From Ginglymostoma cirratum (taxonomy: Eukaryota): a DNA stretch of 64,000 nucleotides. Below are positions 12,524 through 23,735 of this stretch, one piece after another. The stretch spans positions 40,654,565-40,718,564 of the forward strand of contig JAHRHZ010000222.1 in the NCBI GenBank assembly GCA_024137785.1. Direction: 5' to 3'. The position numbers were made by a program, and so were the translations under genes. The notes under the pieces were generated by a model. It did no database searches, was not told the origin of the DNA, and saw only the letters and a program-made list of their open reading frames with translations. Position 1 is the first letter of the stretch; the number at the start of each line of letters is the position of its first letter.

Positions 12524-13099
12524 ATGAGAAAGAATACAGAGATGACAAAGAGTTGAGACTGAGTGATCTGGACGATTTCGACGAAGATGAATCGCGGAAA
12601 ATGGACCAAGACAAGGCGCCATGTGGCATCAATGCAAGGCAAGCCCTGGTGGAGACCGGGGGAAGTGACTGCAGCGTTTCGCCTCCAGGCAATCCGCACA
12701 CTTTCTCCTGCTCGAAGGGTGATTCCAGCCTTGCACCCCACTTTCTGGAAACCAACAGCAATAAGCCACCTGTTTCTACGGCAAGCACCAGCCTCCAGCA
12801 GCGCTTTGGGACAGCAGAGAAGCCGAGGATTTGGTCTCTGGCGCATACAGCAGCCTCCAATACTCTGGTGGCTTGTGAAAGTGGCCATTCCCGGACAGTT
12901 AGGTACTGCGCCGAGGTGAGGCCGAGCCAGGCCACGGTCAACCAAGTCGATGATATCCTTTCTCTCCGAGACTCTTCACATGCAGCCCACATTCTGAGAA
13001 CTTCTGCATTCAATTTGCAAACGCTTGTGGCCACTGGTCAGTTGCACTGTGCTTCCTACCCTGCACTAGACAACTGCCAGTATACACCAGGGACTGAAG
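12524..13099 (+). CDS. irx6: Irx6 coding exon 5, acidic region and IRO box (KPRIWSLAHTA, 12820-12852)
   Basis: Acceptor ACACAG ending at 12523 restores frame. ELRLSDLDDFDEDE and the terminal CQYTPGTE resemble Irx6; IRO box present. The donor G|GTACCT is weak. Confidence 0.87.
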
Positions 13100-13594
13100 G
13101 TACCTCCTGCACATTAGCTGTATCTCCAGTCACATCAGCTGTTGTCTTAACATGTCCAGAATGGCAGCGGGCGAGATAGTGACAACCCAGCTCCCCCTCT
13201 TTTTTTTCCATTCCGTGCTGTGTTATTTTCAAGGTGTGAATGAAGGCATCTCTTAATTACACCGAATGCTTAGCTTCTGGTCGGCCTGGTGATGATGCTG
13301 TATCCTGGCTTATGCCATAAATCGCCCCTTAGTAAGAGTTGAGCGCCGGTTTCAATCTAAACATGGTGATATTATTTTATTAACTGTGTTTTATTACCTC
13401 ATACCTCTCGCGTTCCTAACCAGACACACAGACCCTCTTGTTCCAGAATGAATGCGTTAGTCAGGAAGCACGCACCTATCTACATTGCTATGTGTGAATT
13501 CAGTCATGAATGTAGAAGGATAGGTCACTTCAAGTTGTCTATTCCCGAATAGTTAGCGGTGAACAGCTTATGAAAAGGGATTGTGTTTTTTCAG

Positions 13595-13707
13595 GATTTT
13601 TGAGACATGCGAAATCTAATGTGGGATCGGCGGAGATGACGGAAACATGCCCACTGCGGCAAGAGGGGAAGATGAGGAGAGCCTTCAGACCTGTCCTGAA
13701 GAGGTGA
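13595..13707 (+). CDS. irx6: Irx6 probable last coding exon (GFLRHAK...RRAFRPVLKR*)
   Basis: Acceptor TTTTTTCAG ending at 13594; phase matches exon 5; ends in the Irx-type C-terminal motif AFRPVLKR and TGA at 13705-13707. The spliced CDS is 1419 nt from ATG 10158 (472 aa). Confidence 0.75.
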
Positions 13708-13899
13708 GGTAGGTGACAGTTCACGGTCCACCCCCAACCCTACCAATCAATTACTTTTGCTGCAGGGACGCGGTTTGGGTCTCTGCATGGATGTGAAGTT
13801 CTCTTGTAAAAATCTCCTGCAGGACCCATGAAATAGTTGACATGCTGGCAGCGCGGCCAGAACGAGGCCGAAAGCTAGTGAGCTTTACACAAGTTTGAA

Positions 13900-14008
13900 A
13901 GTTGCTTCAAAGTCATCTTGCTCCCTCTCCACATGCTGCCCGATCTGTTGCGATTTCCAGCATTTTTCTTGTTGTTTTCAGCACAGATTCCAGCATCTGC
14001 AGTAGTTT
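13900..14008 (+). mobile_element. pLTR remnant just downstream of the Irx6 stop
   Basis: CTCTCCACATGCTGCCCGATCTG...TTTCCAGCATTTT...GATTCCAGCATCTGCAGT matches the 3' end of both pLTR families. Confidence 0.55.
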
Positions 14009-14774
14009 TCCCCTTCAAACTCATTGGCTTTGCTTCATTGGAAAATAAATGCAACCATCATTGGATGCTTAACAATGCAATGTAAAACAATGTAAGCCAT
14101 TGTTCCGAACTTTGTTTTCATTTACAATTCCACATATTGACAGTTAGCTTGCTGATGTTACAGGGTTGGGGGGCGCGGGTGTGGAATGGGTAATCAATTT
14201 ACTAATAGTTTGAGTCATTGACGATTTTGTCTTATCTTTAAACGTGCCGTATTCTCTTTTATTTCCAAAACAGGTTTGTTTAAAACAGGACGCCGTAAAC
14301 CAAGTGGATGCTGCACAACTCCTTTTATTGTATGCACTAGTGATTGACAATACACTGGAAATGAGACAGGATCCGTTTCTCCCGAGCACTGGAACTGACT
14401 TTCAAACCGATTCGCTTCGACTTGACCAGTGGCCAGTGATTCTGATCAAGAGAAAGCAGAAAAGGGTCGCTTCCGACGGTTTTTCCTTGCACGGACTTAT
14501 TTGTTCTAACTCGGGAAAAAATGTACAAGAATCAGGGGAGGCCATTGGGCTTTTAGACGAAATATCCCTTACAATAATAATGAAAGCACTCCACATCTTG
14601 CTGCTTATTGCTTCTGTTTTCGATTTTCTACCGTTTTAATTGGAGCACGCTTTGTTTGCAATTTACTCTTTGGTTGAAAACTATTTTGCGTTTCATACAG
14701 ATTCTTCCGCTGGTTTACATTAGACTTCACCGCCCCACCCCAGCCACTTTATTTAGTTTGTGCTGTGAAATGGG

Positions 14775-14780
14775 AATAAA
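14775..14780 (+). terminator. Candidate polyadenylation signal of Irx6 (AATAAA)
   Basis: AATAAA about 1.07 kb after the stop, followed by GT-rich sequence. An alternative AATAAA lies at 14044-14049. Confidence 0.35.
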
Positions 14781-17700
14781 TTACACTTGTCAAACCCGTG
14801 TAATGTGATAATTGTAAAAACTGCGAGTCACGGTGACCTATTTAAAACGAAGGTATGTTTTATGCAATTAAATTAATCATATAAATTGCGGAAGCGTTAC
14901 ATAGATATTTTGTTTTTGTAAGAAATGGTTTGAGTTCAATTTCAGATAACGACTTGCAAGTGTCTCACATTATCGTCGTTCCCTTGAATTCTCCCACTAG
15001 AAGAAGTCCGGGACTGTACAATTGATCAAGATGCTTAAAACTCCCTAGTAGCAATTGAAAGACATGGGGACATATTTTGCAATTGCGATTTCATTGTCCA
15101 TTTCCCATTTTACCCAAGCTAAGAGTCACAGTTTTTAGAGATTTTTAAAAAAAATTTTGCAAGGTTACAGAATGGTCCTAATTGGCGAAAGGCAGAGCGT
15201 GTGCTTCAGAAGGTTAAAATCCAAACAATGGGCGTTCATTGTGCACTTACACGAGAAGCAAAGCGACAACTTTCCCTGTTGTTTGCCACTAATTAGGACT
15301 GACAGCACTGCTTGTATACTGTTCGGCGGAATAAAATAGGCAGGACAGAATTAGGAGAAGAATTCCCCTTTGTCCTGTTATGTAAAGAAAGTTGCAATGT
15401 TGTAGGGCTCACGCGTGCATTGATTATAAGATTCTGTAAAGATTGGATTTTGTATTAGTCACTTCAAGGACTCACACAGATCTGCTTTGGAGATTTAAGA
15501 CCAAAGGGTAACAAAACGAAGACACACACACACCTAATCGAAAAAGTATCATGATAACTTGAAGCTGCAGTGAAGACACCCTCTTAGTACGATCTTCTGT
15601 TTTGGAATAACGAGGTGCAATGTTAAATCTCAAGTTTCAAATGTAAGCACATCTCCCTCACTTATCCCCAAAAGGCAGGGCGAACGTTCAGAAATTCATT
15701 GCAAAAAAAATCGCTAGTTTCAGGTGGACCTCTTTTGGAGCATTATTGTAACAAAAGACAAGTTTGGAATTGTGCTATAGACATAAAAATCAGAAATTTC
15801 ATCAAATGGTATCATTTGTAGAAAACAAAACCCTTACCTACTTTACAATTAAACAGGGCGTCCAAATCACCAGAGAACGCTGAAAATAAATAATGTAAGA
15901 TGTTGCAGCATTGTGTTAGTCTGGTTGCACTCTCTTTGTGCAGCCTTGATGCATTCGATTCTTTCAAGATTCAGTTTTATTCAAGAAGCTGACATGTAGC
16001 CAGCCGTGGCCTAGGGTAGAAATGTGCATCTATCCGTTGCGGAATTAAACCAGATCACAGCCAATGCTTTCAATTTTGTTATCATAGCACCTTCCGTTTT
16101 GTGGTCATTGCAGTCTCTCAACCCAAAGCGCAGAGGAAAAGGCCACAGAGCTAAAGGATCAAATTAATGAGACAACACGGTGAATCTTACAGAGCATGGT
16201 GCTGCAAGCACCAAATTCTGACGCATAGTGTTTGGCAGGAAAAAAAGTTAATTACACAAAACTATTCCCCTTCCCGCTTTCCTATTAGATGCAGCGATTG
16301 AAACAGTGTTTCAGGTTTCTCATATTATCGCACCAATTTCAAGTAGCAATGTCAAGACACTGCATCCTATTGTGGCACTTCTAGTGTCGAAGTGTTTTTT
16401 TTAAATCATGGTCTAAATTGTAAAAGTTCACACTTGATGTTTCTTTTCACCTAGAAGTACAGGTTTTTATTACATATGAGATTCTGTGATTCTTCTGGAT
16501 TTACTCTCGTCGTTATAATCTTACAATGTACTTAATTAGAACAAAACAAGTCCAGAAACCAGCTCATTCTAGTTAAGGTTGAGTTTTGTTTTACAGCAAA
16601 ACCAAATCATTATAAATATTTATTAATGTTCCTTTAAAATCCAAATATAATCATATTCGAGCAAAGACTAATGCTCGCAAATTTGATCAAGATCTGAAAG
16701 ATTAAATAAACATTAGTTTTATTACGTTTCATTTTGAAAGCGCCCTCGTGTTTTCTGTACCTTGGTTACTATATATTTGCTGCTGTCCAGCCTAGAGATG
16801 CGATACCTTACATTTTGAGATCTATAAAGAATCAGCAACTCTCACGTCTTCCTTTAGTATAAGATGTGAGATTTCTCTGTGCCCGTACACATTTCCATAT
16901 CATGACAATTTTTTTTTGTAGTTTGGGTACACTATTTTTATATATGTATATATAGTTTTTGTTTAAAGGCAGTTATCTTTAGACGAGGTTGTAGAAATGA
17001 CACAATATCTGATGCTGGGACTGACCCAGGGATTTCAGGCTGGTAAATTAAGCTGGCAAAAGATAAACATTATTTCAAGTCGGATTTGGAAGGGATTAGT
17101 TCATGTAATAAAGAGTATTAGTCTGATTCCTAGGCTTCTTGCAAGTTCTTACGTGGTTTTGACACAGTGGGACGTGTACGGAATAAATATAAGTAAGAAC
17201 CTGCCCCCTCCTCCCTTTGCTTCCCTTCTCACCCCTTCCCCCCATGTTTGCTGTAGGCTTAAGTTATGTAGAACTTCTCCCAAAAAACTTCCAACGCTGC
17301 AATTTTTTTACACGTTTATTTCTGAAAGTTAAGAAAAAGGATTCTAGTTACAGGTATGCTTAATCTTGTTTGTAGGTCCCAGCTCCATCTTTGTTTCTTA
17401 GTACAGCGGCAACAGTTCTACAGAAGCAATGTGTCCCACCTGAGTAAATTGCGGATTCGGATTTGTCCTCCTTCTTGAGAGGCAGTTTCGTTCACCTCCT
17501 ATTAGCTGGTCGTTCTGTCGACTTTTTTTTAACTTCGCTTGCAGCCACACTACTTATACATGGTTTTAATTATCAGTTGCATTAAATTATTCGGGGCCAA
17601 GTAAAAACGTGTCTCCAGCAACTTCATTCAGCATCAGAATCTCCTATCTCGAAAGTACAGATTTAATTTCAGTTAATGATCCATTTATACTGTCAAATTC

Positions 17701-19504
17701 GCGTTAATGTGAATCAGCACGGGCCCCTTATTCGACCATGCAAATTCCAGTTTTAGACGGTTGAGATTGCACTGCAGGCCACCTATTTATTTTAGGATTC
17801 CGACGAAGATGGACAACATCAACTAACAATAAAGATTGTTGCAGAGTAACTACAGCGCTCAGCAGAAGGATGTTCCCGGGCATTGTCGCGCTATGGGTTG
17901 TATTAAGAACACACGACAATAAATGTGAAATTCGTCATTGCAAGTAGGCCCCACATAAGGTTCCTTGAAAAAGGGTCCCTATAATTCTGGAACTAGCCTT
18001 CAATGTATCTCTAACCTTGCCAAAACAAAACTTTCCCTTTTGACTCTTGGTTTTATATTGCATGCCTAAATAGTGTTTGGTCAAACTTCAGAGGGAGCCT
18101 TGACCTGTGTTGTTTCCAGGTTAAAAAAAAAAGACACCAGTGTTGTCAACTCTCGCCACATGCATAATTAAGTTTAAAAACCCAGAAGCCTGTAGAAGTG
18201 TATTTGCCACTGACCCTGGACTGCTACCCAGAGATTTCCTACCTAGATATATGTGAATTCCAACAGAAATATCTACCTTTATATTACAAAGTAGTCTGAT
18301 CCACTCAAACCCAATCACAATGAAGTGAATTGTAATCTCACAGTACTTAAATTTATCCATAGTTTGATGGACTCTGAATTTGGTTTGAATATAGCAAATA
18401 AGATCAGTATTTGAACTTGGGTCTTTCCTCAAACCAAATAACAGGAAAGAAGGCTTTATTAAAGCATTTTAAATCACTACAATTGTTTTGCAGGAATAAA
18501 GCAGTAACAAATATCTAGAATAGAATCATAGAGTGGCTATAGCATGGAAAGGGGCTCATTGTGTCTGTCTCAGATTCCTGCAGGAGCAATATGGCTAGCT
18601 CCACTCCCCAGCCTTTTCCCATAGCCTTGTAATTTTTATTTCTCTCTTCTCAGGATTTTCTAATTCCATTTAGAAAGCTTTGATTGAAATTGTCGCCATC
18701 ACACTCTCAGGAATTGCATTCCAGATTCTAATGATGTACAGTGTAAAAATTATTTTCCTCGTGTTATTTCTGTCACTTTTGCCAATGACTCTAAATCAGT
18801 GTCCTTTGCTTCTAGACCTTGTTACCAGCTGGAGCATTGTCTCTCTTGCTACCCTCTCTAGATCCCTCTTGATTTTGAGCTCTCTGTCAACTCTCTTCTT
18901 AACACTTTCTTCTCTAAGGAAGGCGGTTCTAGCTTCTCCAGACTATCCATAACTAACAACTCTTATCTCCAGAAAATTTCTTGAAGACCTTTTCTGCACC
19001 TTTATGAATGTCTTCACACCCTTCCTAATGTGTGGTGGTGTGCAGAATTTGATGCAATATTCTAATTGATGCTCAGCCAGTGTTTTATAAAGTTCACCAT
19101 AATGTCCTTGTTTTTGTACTCTGAACTTCCATTCATAAAGTCTACACTGCTGTTCTTTTGCCACACAAACCACTTTCTCACCTGCAGTGCTATCTGCAAT
19201 GGTTTAGACAGATACAGTCGTGATCCACCTACTCCTTTAGAATTGTATTCTTTCTGTCATATTGCTTTTTCTATTGTTCCCTATCAAAAGTATCATATCA
19301 CAACACTGTGCCTCAAATTTCAAGTGACACATGTCTGCTCATTTCTCTGACTTGTCTATATCTACTTGACTGTTTTTACTATCTTCTTCACAGTTCATAA
19401 TATTTCCAAGTTTTTGCTTTTTGCACGTTTTGAGATTTTGCCCTGGACTTCTAAGTCATTAATAAATTCAAAATAGTTTCTTAGAGCAGCACATTTTGAA
19501 ACTG

Positions 19505-19770
19505 ACCTTTTCAGGACAGATATAAGCAGAACTTTTCTCTTTCAAGGAATTGTGTGACTTTGGAGCTTTCTGCCTCAGAGGCAGTGGAAGTGGAGTCATT
19601 GAATATTATTTTTAAGTCTGAGATTCTTATTACACAGGAGAACCAAGGATTATTGAGGTGGATGTGAATGGGAATTTGAAGCACAACAGATCAGCCTCAG
19701 CCTTGTTGAATGGTGAAATAGCCTCAAGGAGGCGTATGGTCTACTTCTGCTCCTACATGGTAAATTTGTT
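19505..19770 (+). mobile_element. CR1 3' end inserted into the minus-strand CR1
   Basis: Decayed FFSQGIV.LWSFLPQRQW-like coding end followed by the tail GGCGTATGGTCTACTTCTGCTCCTA. Confidence 0.6.
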
Positions 19771-20121
19771 AAAGCAGCTGTTCTAATACTGATCCCTGCA
19801 GAACCCCATTCTTTACTTTCCTCTAGCCTGAAGAACAATCACTAATCAGTCTCTTTTTTGAGTCACTCAGCAAACTCAGGACCCATGCTGTCACTAACTC
19901 TGTTATTCTATAGGCTTCAATTTTGTTGACAAACCTATTATGTGTTACTTCATCAAACATCTTCTGGAAGTTCACATATTTGGCATTAACTTTATTAATG
20001 TCAACAACCTTCTTTGTAACATCATTAAAAGCTTAATCAAATTAGTTAAATATGATTTTCACTTCCAAGTTGGTTCAGGCTTTTCATAATTAATCTATAT
20101 TTAACTTATTGACAGTTTTGA

Positions 20122-20450
20122 GGAGGTAGTGGTGTCGTGATAATGTCACTGGAGTAACAATCCTGAGGTCCAGGTTGATCCTCTAGGGACACAGTTCAAA
20201 ATCCCACCACCTGCTGAAATTTAAATTCAACTAAAATGTCTAAAATTAAAAGTGAATTTTAGCTATGTGACCAGGCAGCTGTCATTGGTTGCTGTAAAAC
20301 CCATTTGGTTCGTTAATGACCTTAAGGAAAGCTAACCTGTCATTATTACCCAGTCTGATTGACATGTGATCTGGACCCATTGCAACGTAATTGATTCTAA
20401 ACTGCCCTCTGAATTAGCCTCACAAGCTATTCAGTTTAGGGCATTTTGGG
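20122..20450 (+). mobile_element. tRNA-derived SINE with L2-like tail
   Basis: A-box-like GTGGTGTCGTGATAAT, B-box-like GTTCAAAATCCC, body shared with 940-1240 (minus). Confidence 0.5.
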
Positions 20451-21214
20451 ATGTGAAACAGATAAGCTTATATGTACATCCCATTATAGATTTTTTTTTT
20501 TAAAAGTGTTGTTCTGGGTTATCATTTCTAAAAATCCTCTCATCGCCAAGGTTAAACTGACTGCCCATAGTTCAGGGTTGATCTTTGCAATCTGTTTTGA
20601 ACATTTACAATTCTTCAGTCTTTTGGCACTACACTATAACTGAGGAAGGTTGAAAGATTATGGTCAGTGCTTCTGTAATTTCCACTATCTGATCCAGTCC
20701 TGATAGCTTATGTTATGAGGTCAGCTGATGATAATACTAGACAAGTCAGACTTCAGAGTAAAAGCTGACTTTATAGAGAAAAAAAATACTAGACAGCCTG
20801 GAAACAATTTAACACATACAGCAAAATAAAATTTCAACCTTTTCTCCATCAATATTTTTTACAGATACTCAATCTCAGTTAAGTGTTACTCTTATCTAAA
20901 TGGTTTAATTTCTTACTTAACTGACAGTTACCAGCTTTTATGGTCTAGAAAATTCTTTCTGGTTCTGACAACTTGAAAATTTCTAAACTAACTCTTATAG
21001 CTTGGAGACTTCATGATCTAACCTTCGCTTTTGTCAGGGTGAAGCTGTTATTCTGACCTGGTGACCTGATTCAACTCAACTGAAACCTGATTTGATTGAA
21101 CTCAAACCACCAATGGCACCTTGTCTTTTTTCTGTATATGTCATAAAAAATCAACTTTATTAATACATTGTCAACTAACAAATAACTTTCTAACATCTCT
21201 TTTTTAAAAGGTTA

Positions 21215-21900
21215 CCATCGTAGGAAGAATAAAAGAAAAGCATATGATCAAAATGGTAAGCTATTGCAGACATTGGAGATGCAAAAGAATCTGGGCCTTC
21301 TTGTGCAAGAATTGCTAAAGGTTAGTATGCTGGTACAGTGAGTAATTGGGAAAACTAATAGAATGCTATCATTTATCATGAGGGAAATTGAATACAAACA
21401 GAGGGAGGTGATACTTCAGATATATGGAGCAGTGGTGAGACTGCATCTGAAGTATTGTACACTGTATTGGTCTCCTTATTAAAGGGAGGATGTAAATGCA
21501 TTAGAAGCCATTCAGAAAAGCTTTACCAGACTAATACCTGGAATGAGCAGGTTGTCTCATGAGGAGCCGTTGGACCGGCTAGGTTTGTATTTGATTAGAA
21601 TAGTTTATAATAGTAAGAGGTGACTCGACTTGAACCATATAAATTTCTGAGGAGTCTTGACAGCATAGATGTGGTGAGGATGTTTCCACTTGTGGGAGAA
21701 TCTAGAGCTAGCGGTGTGTGTTTAAGAAGCAAGGCTCGTCCATTTAAAACAGAAATCAGGTGAATGCATTTCTCCTAGGAGGTCATGAATTTTTGGAATT
21801 ATCTTTGTGAAAACAAAGGTGGAAGCAGAGGCTTTGAGTATTTTTAAGGGACAGGTAGATCGATTCTTGTTAAATAAGGGTTTGAAAGGGCATCAGGGTA
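21215..21900 (+). mobile_element. CR1 ORF2 3' fragment
   Basis: Decayed RT C-terminal codons (LVRLHLKYCTLYWSPY, DVNALEAIQKSFTRLIPGM). Confidence 0.7.
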
Positions 21901-23091
21901 CACAGGAAGCAATATCTTCTTCCTTGATAAAAATAGATACAAAGTACTTATTTAGTATCTCAGCCATGCCCTCTGCCTCCATGCATAAATCTCTCTTGCC
22001 AACTATCTTCAGCTTTAATGCTTTTACTAACATTTTACTATTTATATACCTATAGAAGCATTTTAGATTCTCTTTACTCTTGGCTGCTGATTTTCTCATT
22101 CTAGCATAATCATTCTTATTTCATTTCCTGCCTTATCTCTAAATTTTCTCTATATTTAGCCTGGTTCTTACTTGCATCATCAACTTGACATCTGCCCTGT
22201 ACACCCTTTTTCAGGTTCACATTCATTATTTCATTATCCAGGGAGTTCTGGGTTTGTTTGTCTTATGTTCCCCCCTCATGGGAATATATATCAATTGTGC
22301 CAACAATCTCCTCTTCAATAGCGGCCCATTGTTCACTCACAGTTTATCTTGTCAATCTTTGATTCTAATTTACTAGGCTTAGATTAATTCTCACTTCATT
22401 GAAGTTGGCCCTCCCTTGATTAACTGCTCCTTATTCTTTTCAATTGCTAATGTAAACTTTATTACATTATGATAACCATCCCTTAAAGTATCCCCAACTT
22501 GATCCACTTACTCCACCTCATTCCATAGAACCAGACCCAGCAATGCTTCCTTTTTCATTGAACTGGGAACAAACTAATGTAAGTATTTTATCAAACACAT
22601 TTCAGAAATTCGTCAACTTCTCTGTCTTTTACAGTGTTACAGAGGTTTCTATTAGGATAATTGTGAGGTTTCCAAATGGTTTAGCTTGCTAGTATACAGC
22701 TCAGATTACCACCATCAACTTGGGTTTGATTCCAGTTCTAGCTGAGGTAGACAACAGCACACTACCACTCACAAAAAAAAACTGTCAGAAGAAATAGATC
22801 AGGATGAAGCATAAGCAGACAATGTGTCGAGGATCTTTCTACAGACAAAGCATGCACAAAGGATTAGGAAAACTAAAGCCCCTCTCTTTTCATCATGTAC
22901 GTAGATAAAACAACATGACAAAGAAAAATGGTAAAATTCAGGGAGGATTGCCTCAAATCTTTAATAATCATCAATAAATAGTCAAAATACAAACTATAAT
23001 TTATCAACGTAGTCCTAAGATTCACCTGAAATATTCTGAAATAATGAGGAATATTGCCAAGTGTAGCAGGTAGAGGGAAACCTGTAAGAAA

Positions 23092-23735
23092 CAGCACAGG
23101 GTCTTGGTGGTTAGCACTGCTGCCTCAGAGCACCAGGAACCTGGGTTCGATTCCACCCTCGGATGACTGTCTGTGTGGAGTTTGTACATTCTCCCTGTAT
23201 TCATAGAGACCATACAGTGAGGAAACAGGCCATTCAGCCCAACAAGTCCACACCACCCCTCCAAAGAGCATCCCATCCGGACCCATTCCCCTACCCCTGC
23301 ATTTCCCATGTCTAACCCACTTAACCTAAATGTCCCTGGACACTATGAGCAATTTAACATGGCCAATCCACCCAACCTGCACGTCTTTGGACTGTGGAAG
23401 GAACCCAGAGCACCCAGAGGAAATCCACACAGACATAGGGAGAATGTGCAAACTCCACACAGACAGTCACCTGAGGGTGGAATCAAACCTGGGTGCTTGC
23501 TGCTATGAGGCAGTAGTGCTAACCACTAAGCCCCCATTCTGTGCCTGCGTGGGTTTTCTGTCACAGTCCAAAGATGTGCAGGCTAGGTGGATTGGCCATG
23601 CTAAATTGCCCATAGTGTTCAGGGATGTGTAGATTAGGTGGGTTATAGCGGATGGGTCTGGGTGGCTTGCTTTGACGGTCGGTGTGGATTTGTTGGGCTG
23701 AAAGGGCCTGTTTCCACACTCCAGGGATTCTATGA
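23092..23735 (+). mobile_element. HE1-like V-SINE (outer copy), split by an inverted copy
   Basis: tRNA head (TGGTTAGCACTGCTGCCTC...GGTTCGATTCC) at 23092-23200; V-domain CACAGTCCAAAGATGTGCAGG and tail GGGATTCTATGA at 23540-23735. Confidence 0.8.
23201..23539 (-). mobile_element. HE1-like V-SINE (inner, full length, inverted)
   Basis: Reverse complement has the head, V-domain and tail of the same family. Confidence 0.8.

Larger units (their letters stand above)
18517..22620 (-). mobile_element. Old CR1 LINE (ORF2 plus 3' tail) fragmented by nested insertions
   Basis: Tail at about 18520; decayed ORF2 peptides (LYKTL..HQLEYCIKFCTP; KCFYRYINSK...MAEILNKYFVSIF) in minus-strand ORFs 18943-19173 and 21893-22099. 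Confidence 0.7.

Noticed and set aside
12372-13034. Antisense ORFs of 220 and 160 aa
   Set aside because: Shadows of Irx6 exon 5 with no recognisable domain.
10137-13707. Assignment as Irx4 (or Irx7)
   Set aside because: MSFSQFGYPYN, QYEIKD, GQYQYDR, LRLSDL and CQY motifs fit Irx6 better than Irx4 as I recall them. A phylogeny or synteny check (Irx5 upstream, Mmp2 downstream) would be decisive.
23100-23160. tRNA gene
   Set aside because: The A/B boxes belong to a SINE head and run directly into SINE body; the same applies at 33170 and 53970.
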